64,000 nucleotides of DNA from Candidatus Poribacteria bacterium (GTDB lineage: Bacteria > Poribacteria > WGA-4E > PCPOR2b): positions 2,080,001 through 2,144,000 of the forward strand of contig OZ244042.1 of assembly GCA_965215015.1 (NCBI GenBank), written 5' to 3'. The notes below the pieces were generated by a model that did not search any database, was not told the origin of the DNA, and saw nothing but the letters and a program-made list of their open reading frames with translations. A program made the translations under genes and the position numbers. Below, piece after piece: positions 49,537 to 59,789 of this stretch (the stretch's first letter is position 1; each line of letters starts with the position of its first letter).

Positions 49537-49965
49537 TTAGAAGCGAATGAGTCCACGTGCAACCTCCCCGTTCAGCATGTCACTAAACGCTTCATTCACC
49601 TCTTCTAATTGATAGGTTCGGGTAATCAGTTCATCCAACTTGAGCATACCAGTGCGATAAAGTGCGAGTAGACGGGGCCTGCCATACCGTGGACGCGCCG
49701 AACCGTAGTTACTGCCCATTATCGTTTTTTCGCCCCAGAACACAATTGCCGCGTCGAGGGACAGCGGTTCGAGAGGTGGAACGCCAACCCAGATTGCTTT
49801 TCCTCTATTTCGTATTGCACGCACTGTTTGTTCATACGTGGGGTGTGTGCCGATTGCCTCAAACGCATAATCTGCGCCCAATCCATCCGGCAAGGCTTGG
49901 ATCTCTGGAATCGGATCGACTTCGCTGGCGTTGATTGTATGGGTGGCACCAAACTGGCGTGCCAT
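49537..49965 (-). pseudogene. Zn-dependent alcohol dehydrogenase, C-terminal fragment
   Basis: A..FGATH.IN, GADYAFEAIG, LDELIT..Y.LEEVNEAF; the 5' part is replaced by repeat sequence (49970-50066). Confidence 0.85.
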
Positions 49966-50237
49966 CGTTACGGCATACGGCGTATGCCTACTCCTGTCGG
50001 GCAATTTATGGTCTATGGTGATGCGGGTTGAATTGCCTTACGACACACTCAAGGGCGTAACTCCTACTACAATCCGATAGATTATCAATGGCTAGCAGCT
50101 TGCGTTATTTTAACATTTTCAGTTAAGCCAATACCAACCAATCAAATAACACAACTAGATCATTACTAAGTTGTATCAGTTTTTGTTATCTCCGCCTAAA
50201 ACAGAATACTGTATACTGTGAAGGTGTGCCCCAGCAC

Positions 50238-52175
50238 CTACCTTGAGCCACCAAAGAAGATTCGCATGTGGATAATGTCCCCGACGATCGTCCAGAAGCC
50301 CCCAACCATATACCCTCCCAAAATCAATCCGAGAAAGAATGGGCGCGCCTGGCGATGAAGCTTGAGCCCGCCATATTTGAGGACGATCCACTTGGCGAAA
50401 AAACCGATAAGAACAGAGAACCAAAAGACATTGATGTCATGACTATTTGAAATGGCATATCCCACCGGGTGAAACGGAAACCATAAGAATAACCTTCGCA
50501 TCACAGTGAAGAAGAGGACAAACACAAAGCCAACACCCACCGCCCCCGCACCGGTATAGTCAAATTCAGACGGATTAAGCATCCAGTTTTGTAAGCGAAC
50601 ATATCCGGCATTTGCAAATCGTTCAAGGGAGCTGCCTCCGGACTCGAAAGCAATATGCAAGTAGACCCAGAAGAAGCTGAGGCTTCCTACAATCAAGGCG
50701 AGAATCATAGCAATAACCAGCCCACTAGTACCCCTCCTTGTTCGATTGGCTAAAGCGAATCCTTCAATTTGATGGGGCATTGGGTGCGCGCGGTAGGTAA
50801 AGTTAAAAAAATTGAGCATTGTCAGCACTGTTAAATTCCGAGCACCGAAACGACGAGACCCCAAAACATCGGGCAAAATCTGATCGGGGCCCGTGAAAAC
50901 AAAATCGTGAAACGGAGCACCAAATTCGGCTCGAATTCGCGTCACACCAAGTGATACAAGGTAATACAGAACAAAGAAAGTGATACCAATCCAAACAGCG
51001 AGTCCTGCCCGCCAGAGAAAAAGTGTTAGGAAGCCTATGCCACCGATACCACCGATGAGCGCAGTTTTATAGCGCATTGGTTCATGAGAATCGTCCAATG
51101 TACTATCGCCGAGTATACGCTTAACAATCGCGATGAGGTGTCTCCGGTTTGACCACAATGCCACCAATACAATGCCGAGGAGCGCGCCAAATGATTGCTG
51201 AATCTGAACAACGGCATAGGAACCTGCAACGAACTGAAGTCCCATTGCCACAACAATCACTTTCTGAATCTTCCAGAACCAATAGAAAATCCAGCAAGAA
51301 AAGGACATCTCTAACGGCATGAAGAAAGACAAACCAACCATCGGCAGGATAACGCCAGTTGGTATCCATCCCATGGCACTCCACGGTTTGGCTGTGAAAT
51401 ATCTACCCAAATTATGATAGTAAGGGCTCCATTTAATGGACGGAATAGTCGGAAAAATCCAACCCAACCCATTAATCAGTGCCACTCCGCCTGAAATACC
51501 AACCCCAAGCCACAATCCCTTATTTCTGAATATTGCGAACGTCGAATCTGTCATCTCTAGGGGGAGTTGAATAATCGGATAGGATAGCTTCTCATTTTCA
51601 ACCCATGCCCTTCTGACAATTACATTGATACAGATCATCACAAAAACTAGCACCACGACGAAAGCTGACCACCATAGACAGGGCATCAACCAACTGTTAA
51701 TATGTTTGTCAATATAGAGGGTTGAATCTCCCTTATAATACGTATCTAGTATATTTCTATCGCTCACCGAAAGCCATGACGGAATATGTCGCCAAAACAA
51801 CTCTCTCCACTCATTTTCGGACGTGGCGTGCCGGAAGGGGACCTCCATGATGGTAGTAAGCGTTTGCATCATTTGGAACGATTGAATCGCAGAGGTCAAG
51901 CTTAATAGAATATAGATTGTTATCAATTCCCCCTGGGTCAGAGCAAGCTGGGGTGCAAATCGTTTCAAGGGGAGGTTAAGAAATAGCAGCACGCCGATAA
52001 TGAAAATGACGTTAAAGAAAGGTGATATAATTGTGGGAACGGATTGATACTGGTAGGGTTGTCGAGAAATTACCAACCAATAGGCATTGATGGGGATTAG
52101 AACCAGACCCAGCCATATAGCGCGCGTAGAAATGATTGAGGGCAAAGAAGCGGCTGATGAACGTTTTGAGTTCAT
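50238..52175 (-). CDS. DUF6785/DUF6784-like multi-pass membrane protein (paralog of 39615-41555)
   Basis: WVENEKLSYPIIQLP, TRIRAEFG.P and HPMPHQIE motifs. Start uncertain (52175 or 52244). Confidence 0.85.
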   Translation of the reverse strand: MNSKRSSAASLPSIISTRAIWLGLVLIPINAYWLVISRQPYQYQSVPTIISPFFNVIFIIGVLLFLNLPLKRFAPQLALTQGELITIYILLSLTSAIQSFQMMQTLTTIMEVPFRHATSENEWRELFWRHIPSWLSVSDRNILDTYYKGDSTLYIDKHINSWLMPCLWWSAFVVVLVFVMICINVIVRRAWVENEKLSYPIIQLPLEMTDSTFAIFRNKGLWLGVGISGGVALINGLGWIFPTIPSIKWSPYYHNLGRYFTAKPWSAMGWIPTGVILPMVGLSFFMPLEMSFSCWIFYWFWKIQKVIVVAMGLQFVAGSYAVVQIQQSFGALLGIVLVALWSNRRHLIAIVKRILGDSTLDDSHEPMRYKTALIGGIGGIGFLTLFLWRAGLAVWIGITFFVLYYLVSLGVTRIRAEFGAPFHDFVFTGPDQILPDVLGSRRFGARNLTVLTMLNFFNFTYRAHPMPHQIEGFALANRTRRGTSGLVIAMILALIVGSLSFFWVYLHIAFESGGSSLERFANAGYVRLQNWMLNPSEFDYTGAGAVGVGFVFVLFFTVMRRLFLWFPFHPVGYAISNSHDINVFWFSVLIGFFAKWIVLKYGGLKLHRQARPFFLGLILGGYMVGGFWTIVGDIIHMRIFFGGSR

Positions 52176-52279
52176 AGCTTCACCGAAAAAGGTCCCCTGT
52201 GTTTGTGAAGCAGATTGTGAATTTGCCCCACAAAAGAGTTGCATCTATATCTTCAATATAGTAGTATAAGGCGCACAGA

Positions 52280-53823
52280 CTATTTGATGATTATCATCTT
52301 CTTCGTTGTGGCAAAGTTGCCTGCTTGCAGGTGATAAAAATAGATGCCGCTGGACACAGGTTTACCTGTGTCGTTACGACCATCCCAGTAAATCGCTCTC
52401 TCTTTTGATGTATACATAGCAGCGGGTTGATGCCCGACTTCAAATGTGCGGACAACGTAACCTGTCAAATCAGAAACGGTCAAAGTAACCAAGGCATCTT
52501 CTGCCAATTGGTACGGAATCCACGTCTCGGGATTGAACGGATTTGGGAAGTTTTGGTACAGGGCATTTCTGCGTATCTGTCCCCACAAGACAAGCTGCTG
52601 CCCGAAGGGTTCGACTGAAACGCAAAATCGTCGGAGACATTATAGATATAGGCTACACCCGTACCGCCATTTTTCAAGCTAGAACCAGTGATGGCATGAT
52701 TGACACCGAGGGAGACGGAAACGCCGAATCTATCCCCTGCCTCTACGTCGCTAGCAGTCACTTTCGCCCTTTCAATCCAAGCTCCACCCTTACGTAAAAA
52801 GGAATAGACCGCGCCGGAATTGTTTCCTTTACCATCGTGTCGGTACGATCCCACGAGGGCAGCAACGTTTCCGGTAGTTCCATTGATGGAGACAGAAATT
52901 CCAAAGTCGTCCTTTGCTTTCCCGTCGCTGGCTGTAAGTTTTGCCTCTTCGATCCAAGTTTCGCCGTTGCGCACGAAGACATACGCCGCACCAGTACCGC
53001 TATTGTGCGAATGCGCCCCGACAATAGCGTACTTTCCACTGATGTGAACAGAAAAGCCAAACTCAGCGTTCCTCGCCCCGTCGTTGGCAACGAGCTTCGC
53101 CTCCTCTTTCCAAACTTTCTTGCTGCGCCTGTAGATATACGCCGAACCGGACCGATTTCCTTTATCATCGTCCCAAAGGGACCCGATGATAGCATAGTCA
53201 CCGTCGATGGAGACAGCAGAACCAAAGATGTCCCCTGCCTCTACGTCGCGGGGTGTAAATTTTTGTTGCTCTACCCATTTGTCCTTAACGCGTCCGTAGA
53301 CATACACCGAGCCGGAGTCATCGCCTTTATCATTGTCTTGGGGCATTCCGGCAATGGCGGTGTCCCCACTAAGGTCGACAGAAAAACCGAAACTGTCATT
53401 TGCTTCCCCATCGTCGGGATCGAGTTTGCCGTGTTCTTTCCAATTTTTGCCATCGTGCTGGTAGATATAGGCTGAACCAGACCACACATCATCATGATGA
53501 GAACTGACGATCGCCCAGTCGCCGTTGATGGAGACCGAACGACCGAAGAAGTCTCCTCCCGCCCCATCTTTGGCGGTGAGCTTCGCCTGCTGGACCCAAA
53601 TCCCTCCATCAAGCGCGAAAATATAGGCTGAACCAGACCGGTCTCCATCATCATCGTTACCCGGAGCACCGATAATGGTGTAGTTTCCGCTGATGGAGAC
53701 AGAAGTGCTGAAATTGTCAGCCGCCGCCGCATCACCGGCGGTCAGTTTGACTTCTGCAGTATGAGTTATGGTTGCTTGACACATCGCCAACATTACAACA
53801 AACAGGATCGGTAGTTTTTTCAT
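52280..53823 (-). pseudogene. secreted FG-GAP repeat beta-propeller with C-terminal FlgD-Ig-like domain, split by a 1-nt frameshift near 52619
   Basis: Seven D.FG.SV...G....G...AY repeats. Adding one T joins DFAF to SVEPFGQQLVLWGQIRRNALYQNFPNPFNPETWIPYQL...WDGRN..G..V.SGIYFY. Confidence 0.8.
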
Positions 53824-54049
53824 GATTGTTTTCCTTTGGTTTTTCTCCTCACCTTGGATAGGTCAGAGAATTGCGATCAGTTTGCAGGAACATGCGAATG
53901 AGTAGTTGAGCAGATAAACAAATCTGAGCCCTCAGAGTTTTACCAACCTCCTTAGGTTGAACGAAGTGAAGTTCGGATTGATTGGGACAATTCAAATAGC
54001 AGATTGCTGGAGTGAAATTGACGCAACAGCAATCTTTTTTAGATTTTGA

Positions 54050-54350
54050 CCGTTCTCACTTTCCACTTTTTTTCGTAATCCACGCGTATTGCATGTGCGG
54101 CGTTGTGCCCGGGGGCACCACTGACTTCGCTCCCCGTGATGTGTCTCAGCACCGCACATATACATTCCCTCAATCGGTGTGCGATTGCCACTACCTTTGA
54201 ATAACCGGGCACCTAGTAGCTGCCCAGGAAAATGACTGGTGTGATGGATGTTACCATCAGTCAGGTACACCCAGTGCTCTAAATCAATTGGTGTATACAC
54301 TAGCCAATTGATGATGATAGATTTGCGGAAATTTGGTGCGTATTTGGTCC
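54050..54350 (-). pseudogene. phytoene desaturase-like FAD oxidoreductase, C-terminal fragment
   Basis: YAPNFR...TP.DLE....TDGNIHH...RTPIEGMYMCGA, with GAPGHNAA in another frame. Confidence 0.75.
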
Positions 54351-54375
54351 ACGGATTTCACTCCCAAGTCAAGGA

Positions 54376-55437
54376 TTACTCCTCCGCATATACTACGCCT
54401 TCAATGTCGCGTGTCTCCGAGCCTTGGTTGCCTCCCCAAGACATGAAGTAGAGAATCATAAAACGGTCATCATTCAGTGGGATGATGCTGGAATAGCCGC
54501 CGATTGTACGACCAAGGGTTACTGGTTCGTGGACAGAGCGGGTTGACCATACCAGTGTCGGTGAGTTGCGCCATGTACCATTCCAGTCGCCTTCGTGAGA
54601 GTAGTCGCTGAATCCAACGCCGCACCAGCCTTGATCCAAATCGCCAACCCAGCGGTATGAGCAAAGCAGGGTGCCTTTGCGGGTAAGAAATAACGTCGGC
54701 GAGTGTCCATAGATGGGATACATGGTCAGTTCCAAGTCAGACCATGTGCGTCCTTTGTCTTCTGAGAAGGTCCAATAGAGGGGCATCATGCCGTGCCCCG
54801 CGGGGGAGTCGTCACTTGCGACCATTGCCATCAGTCTGCCATCGGGTAGTTCGATTACCTCGTTTTGGGCGATGACGCCGCGGCAGAGGATGACTCCTTC
54901 ATCCCAAGTACGACCACCGTCAATTGACCGTAGCTGAGCACTTGCTGCAACCCGTTCACCTCGAAGACGGCCCCACACCGGCATGAGCAATGTACCGTCG
55001 GACAACTCGCGAATCTTGCCGTAGGTATGCACGTCGGACCAATCAAAGGCGGCAATCTTTGTGCCGACAAGCTCAGGCTCCGACCACGATTCACCGGCGT
55101 CCGTAGACCGGCACAGATACACACCCTGATGAGGGCCTCCTATACCAGAAATGGGTAACAGTATCGTTCCATCGCTAAGCTCCGCTATGCCATGATAAGC
55201 TAGAAATGACGTTGGATGGTCAAAACGCGACGGAATAAATTGATGGATGGGCCCCTCCCACGTTTTTCCATCGTCACGGGAACGCTTCATTCCTGAGATG
55301 GTTCGTGGCTGTTTTGCATGGAGATCTGGATAACGCGCAGTAATGAGGATATCGCCATTCTGCAATCGCTCTCCGCCGGGTGTGGCGACATGACCCTCCC
55401 AGACGACGACGCGACTTTCACGGTGGAATTGTGGCAT
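54376..55437 (-). CDS. sialidase/BNR-repeat protein
   Basis: Asp boxes SRDDGKTW, STDAGESW, SIDGGRTW and SEDKGRTW. Confidence 0.88.
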   Translation of the reverse strand: MPQFHRESRVVVWEGHVATPGGERLQNGDILITARYPDLHAKQPRTISGMKRSRDDGKTWEGPIHQFIPSRFDHPTSFLAYHGIAELSDGTILLPISGIGGPHQGVYLCRSTDAGESWSEPELVGTKIAAFDWSDVHTYGKIRELSDGTLLMPVWGRLRGERVAASAQLRSIDGGRTWDEGVILCRGVIAQNEVIELPDGRLMAMVASDDSPAGHGMMPLYWTFSEDKGRTWSDLELTMYPIYGHSPTLFLTRKGTLLCSYRWVGDLDQGWCGVGFSDYSHEGDWNGTWRNSPTLVWSTRSVHEPVTLGRTIGGYSSIIPLNDDRFMILYFMSWGGNQGSETRDIEGVVYAEE

Positions 55438-55661
55438 GTCCGCCTCCTCAAAAAATTATCGGATGATTAAAAACAGGTTGACAAGACCATGTTATAGCAG
55501 AAAATCAAGCTTGTGTCACCATCAAAAATGCTGATTTTTAACCCTCACGCTTCAACCGTGAGAAAAATCCATCCAGCAACATTCCAACCTTATTGACCTG
55601 CCACATTTGAATAGATCGCCGTAGTTTAGGCCCGCATCCGTGGGTTGCCTACAGAGTCGGT

Positions 55662-56468
55662 TTATAGTGGGCCCTCTCTTACCCAATGTCGAAACAACGG
55701 CTTTACATCGTTGGGGAAAGTACCGTAAACGTCCGACGGAATGAGGGGCACGTTATTCTCCATTCCACCCGCCTCGTCTACAATGCGGGCCCGTTCATCT
55801 GAACCGGCCATCAGTACATCCAGATTCAGCCACCACGGTGCGTAACGTACCACCACCGAAGTCCGCGGTTGGTCAGTGCGATTCGGAGCGGTGGCATGCC
55901 ACATACGACTGTCCATTACGAGTACACTGCCGGCGGGACCGGTCGCCTGCATTTCGGTCGGGTAAGGGTCATTCGGATCAACGCCGTTATTTCCAGTCGG
56001 GTTGTTGTTTGATCGATGGCTGCCCGGGACAATCAGAGTGCCCCCGTTTTCGCGGGTGAACGGTGATAGCATCCATAGCGTCGTGATGTGCATCGTTGCG
56101 TCAGGATAGGGGGCGGGGATGTGCCCCGCGTTGTTCTGATTAAAGGGCCAATCGCCGTGCCACCCTCCGCGTTCATTTCCCGGATAATTGATCGTCCCAG
56201 TGGTAAAGGATACTCGCACATGGGGTCCCAACACTGCTTCGACAAGAGCGAGCATGCGTCGGTCCGCCAAGTACCGGGCTATTGATTGATCATAGCGGAT
56301 AAACCCCGGCACATGACCGATACTGTCAGGGGCGTTGGGGTTGCGATGTACAACAGTCGATCGCTCGACGCTCTCGCGTACGGCCTCAACCGCGTTTTCT
56401 GGGATGATGCCTTCCATAACACACCACCCATCAATTTTCAGGTGTTGTAGGGCTTGATCTAGATTCAT
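55662..56468 (-). CDS. phytanoyl-CoA dioxygenase (PhyH) family protein
   Basis: WHGD, PGSH and WH...PN.T...R motifs. Confidence 0.92.
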   Translation of the reverse strand: MNLDQALQHLKIDGWCVMEGIIPENAVEAVRESVERSTVVHRNPNAPDSIGHVPGFIRYDQSIARYLADRRMLALVEAVLGPHVRVSFTTGTINYPGNERGGWHGDWPFNQNNAGHIPAPYPDATMHITTLWMLSPFTRENGGTLIVPGSHRSNNNPTGNNGVDPNDPYPTEMQATGPAGSVLVMDSRMWHATAPNRTDQPRTSVVVRYAPWWLNLDVLMAGSDERARIVDEAGGMENNVPLIPSDVYGTFPNDVKPLFRHWVREGPL

Positions 56469-56480
56469 TGTAATCGCCTC

Positions 56481-57536
56481 CTACCAATCCGGGCGACCGA
56501 CATAAAGCCCCCGGTTGACCATCGGTAACGACACGCGCATACCGCCCAGACGGTCGGATTCGATCATCCCCATCAGCATTTCTTGGCTGCGGCGTGCAAG
56601 TTGAATCGGTCCCTGCGTCTCGTCCCCGGTGTCCAACGCCTCTGCGAGATTTTTAATGCCCATCTCTGTGCCGCTCTCGCGGGGTACTTCTGGAAAAGGC
56701 ATCTCCTCTAGGATACGAGAGGATTCCGCCACTTTGCGAAATTGACAGGTCATCCCGTTGTTAATGGTACGCATTTTTCCTGTTGTGCCACATACCTCAA
56801 ACTCAGGACCGGTGCCTGCTGTGTTGTAGCCGTGGACTCCGTTGGAAAAACGGACATAGCCGCCGGCGATTCTAGGGTCGGTATTGAGACGGTTTCCGTC
56901 CCAATCTTCGGGGTCGCAAATAATTGAACCTTGAACGAAGTCAATCTCTACATCACCCGCGAGATATAACAGCATATCGGCGGCATGGGTCAATCCCCAC
57001 AGGGCAGAAGTAGCACCGTATTGGGCGATGACGCATTGAACGTCGCCAATCTCTCCCGAGTCGATTAATTCGCGCATCTTGCGATAAAACGGCATAAAGC
57101 GTCGTTGCGTTCCGTAGTTAAACTTAGTGCCATTGCGCTCAACGGCATCTACCATGGCATCCGCTTCCTCCATTGAGCAGCACAGCGGTTTTTCGGCGTA
57201 GATACCTTTCACACCATGGTCAGCCGCGAAAACTGCTACTTCGGCACGTTGTGGTGGGCGGGTAGCGATGCAAACGATATCCGGTTGTTCCTTTTCAATC
57301 ATTTCGCGGTAGTCGGTATAGGTGTGTTGCGCCCCATAGCGTTGGCGAGCAGTTTCCGCCTTCTCGGCGATTACGTCCGACACTGCCACCAGATCGGTTC
57401 GATCACACGCTACGGCTGCCGCTGCATGGGAGTAAGGAATCCAGAGGAAACGCTCCGGACGGCCCGCCATTTCATCATCAATTGTGGCACCCATGCGCCC
57501 ACATCCAATTAAACATGCACGGTATTGTTTTGCCAT
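56481..57536 (-). CDS. Gfo/Idh/MocA family oxidoreductase
   Basis: IGCGRMGATIDDE and AEKP motifs. Confidence 0.92.
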   Translation of the reverse strand: MAKQYRACLIGCGRMGATIDDEMAGRPERFLWIPYSHAAAAVACDRTDLVAVSDVIAEKAETARQRYGAQHTYTDYREMIEKEQPDIVCIATRPPQRAEVAVFAADHGVKGIYAEKPLCCSMEEADAMVDAVERNGTKFNYGTQRRFMPFYRKMRELIDSGEIGDVQCVIAQYGATSALWGLTHAADMLLYLAGDVEIDFVQGSIICDPEDWDGNRLNTDPRIAGGYVRFSNGVHGYNTAGTGPEFEVCGTTGKMRTINNGMTCQFRKVAESSRILEEMPFPEVPRESGTEMGIKNLAEALDTGDETQGPIQLARRSQEMLMGMIESDRLGGMRVSLPMVNRGLYVGRPDW

Positions 57537-57575
57537 CGTATACTCCTTTCGTGGAATAATTGCATGGTTGTTATG

Positions 57576-59330
57576 CTACCTTGCTGCTCGCAACTCCTCT
57601 GTAGCAATCTCGTCTACCTCGTCGGTCTGCGGGTTAATGACCACACCGTAAGCATCGCGGGCATGTGCGAGCGTAACTTTCTCTTCGAGAACATCTCTCA
57701 GCACCGCTTGTGGGTCGCGCTTGAAGGGATTTCCCCACCCGCCTGCGCCCGCAGCGACGTGACGGAATACATCGCCACGTTGGATGGTCAGCGTCGGTTT
57801 GGGGGGCAGGTAACGAGCTTCGTCGTTAGGATTCAAGATATTTTGTGATGCGGCACCGGTGCCTCCTCCTTGTAAACCGTAGGGTTGATATTTTGTACGG
57901 TCTGCGCGAATTTGCAATGTCGCTTCTTCAGCTAGCAGACGAAAGTCTCTTATCAGACTCAGGCCCCCACGGTGGAGCCCCGCGCCGCCGGTATCGGGCA
58001 AATAACTATAACTTTCAATGCGGAGCGGCAGCTCAGCTTCCAATACTTCAGCGGGATTGTTGGAGAAGTTGACCACACTGCTCGCCACCCCGTCAATCCC
58101 ATCCTTATCCAATCGCCCTCCCCATGAGCCGTAGAGAAATTCAAGGAATACAAAGCCGCGCAATTCCGTTTTTCCATCTTCCACGATACGCTCGTAGCCT
58201 CCAATGCTGACACCGGTATCGCCTCCGATTTCGCAAGCGGGGACCCGATCTGGCGCGGCTTGGGCGAGTGCACCAAAGACTACATTGGCGATACGAAAGC
58301 CGGTCAAGCCGCGTGCAGCGACGGGACCCGGGGACAATGGATTGACAATTGTGCCCTCTGGTGCAATGACTGTAATCGGGCGGAAATAGCCCCCATTGTT
58401 CGGAACATCTGCCCCCATCAAGCAGCGCACGCAGGCATAGGCTGTGGATTGCGTAAATGAGAGTGGGCAGTTGATGCCGCCTCTGACCTGTAGTGATGAG
58501 CCTGTAAAGTCAACGGTCATTTGGTTGCCGGTAATCGTGATGGTAACCGCAATCGGAATCGGGTCGGGGTCTATACCATCGTCGTCGAGGTAATCCGTAA
58601 ATGAATAAATACCATCCGGTAGCCCATCAATTTCTGCTCTTGCAGTTCGCTCGGCATAGTTGAGCAACTCTGCGAAATAGGCTGAGAGTTGCGCTGCGCC
58701 GTATTTCTCGAATAACGCCCGGACGCCTTCTTGACCGACATGCAAACATGCTAGCTCCGCTCGTAAATCACCAAGTACCTGACGCGGGATGCGTACGTTG
58801 CGAGCGATGAAATCGAATACCGTTTGATTCGCTTCGCCTTCGTCGTAGAGTTTGAGTAGTGGGATGCACAGACCTTCCTGATAAAGTTCTGTTGCGTCAC
58901 ACCCATTTCCACCCGGCGTTTTGCCCCCAATGTCGGTATGGTGCGCGATGCAGACGACGAAGGCAATCGGGGTTGAATCGTCCAGAAAAATGGGTTTGCA
59001 CAGATACATGTCGGGCAGGTGCGACCCACCTTCATACGGGTCATTGGTGATATAGATGTCACCCTCACGCATCCCCTCGCCAAACTTAGCGATAACCGCC
59101 CGCATAAATTCGGGTACAGAGCCAAGATGCAGCGGCAGCGTTAAGCCTTGCGCGATGAGTTGCCCTTCTGCGTCACACACCGCTGCAGACAAATCCATCG
59201 CATTTTTCAAATTGGATGAATACGCCGTCCGTACCAGCGTCAGGGCCATCTCATCTACCAGCGCATCCAGTGCATTTTTAATAAGTTCTGATGTAATGGG
59301 GTCAAAGGAATTTGCCGTGGCATTCATCAT
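57576..59330 (-). CDS. hydantoinase B/oxoprolinase family protein
   Basis: RTAYS, NDPY.GGSHLPD, HH.DIGG, E.YQEG and GGAG..RGG motifs. Confidence 0.93.
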   Translation of the reverse strand: MMNATANSFDPITSELIKNALDALVDEMALTLVRTAYSSNLKNAMDLSAAVCDAEGQLIAQGLTLPLHLGSVPEFMRAVIAKFGEGMREGDIYITNDPYEGGSHLPDMYLCKPIFLDDSTPIAFVVCIAHHTDIGGKTPGGNGCDATELYQEGLCIPLLKLYDEGEANQTVFDFIARNVRIPRQVLGDLRAELACLHVGQEGVRALFEKYGAAQLSAYFAELLNYAERTARAEIDGLPDGIYSFTDYLDDDGIDPDPIPIAVTITITGNQMTVDFTGSSLQVRGGINCPLSFTQSTAYACVRCLMGADVPNNGGYFRPITVIAPEGTIVNPLSPGPVAARGLTGFRIANVVFGALAQAAPDRVPACEIGGDTGVSIGGYERIVEDGKTELRGFVFLEFLYGSWGGRLDKDGIDGVASSVVNFSNNPAEVLEAELPLRIESYSYLPDTGGAGLHRGGLSLIRDFRLLAEEATLQIRADRTKYQPYGLQGGGTGAASQNILNPNDEARYLPPKPTLTIQRGDVFRHVAAGAGGWGNPFKRDPQAVLRDVLEEKVTLAHARDAYGVVINPQTDEVDEIATEELRAAR

Positions 59331-59431
59331 CTGCTCTCTTTACCGTCAATCAAGGATAAGTTTGAGATTTAGTAGAGATTCGCTCCCATTGGGTTCGGCG
59401 ATTCAATGGAAGCGAAGGATTTTTTTTCTCT

Positions 59432-59613
59432 TAGGACTTACGCATTTCAGTAGGAAAACCGATTGGCGTTCCCTACGAACTCTTATGGAGTCTTTGTTGT
59501 AGTTACCCGATTCATCGGGCGTTAGGAAGGGGAGCCAGCGGCGATAAATCGCCGAGCTACAAGTCAAAGACTCTCGGAACGGAGGCTTCGAGCGTTCAAC
59601 TGCGTAAGTCCTA
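59432..59613 (+). mobile_element. MITE with perfect 13-bp TIR
   Basis: TAGGACTTACGCA ... TGCGTAAGTCCTA. Confidence 0.88.
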
Positions 59614-59621
59614 TTTCTCTA

Positions 59622-59650
59622 TTGACATAGTACCCTGATAGTGCTACACT
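59622..59650 (+). promoter_or_regulatory. sigma70-like promoter
   Basis: TTGACA-17bp-TACACT. Confidence 0.6.
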
Positions 59651-59789
59651 GTACCGCAAAATCAGAGAAAAATCAAGATAAAATCGGATTGACTGAGAAG
59701 AAGTTTCGGTTAGTGCATCATGGGTTTAGCTTTATCATTTGTTGACAGTGACAAACTCGTTCTAGACTTTATAATATGAGGAGTTAAGA

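Noticed and set aside
52837-53735. Long overlapping ORFs in the FG-GAP gene
   Set aside because: Off-frame and antisense by-products of a repetitive coding sequence.
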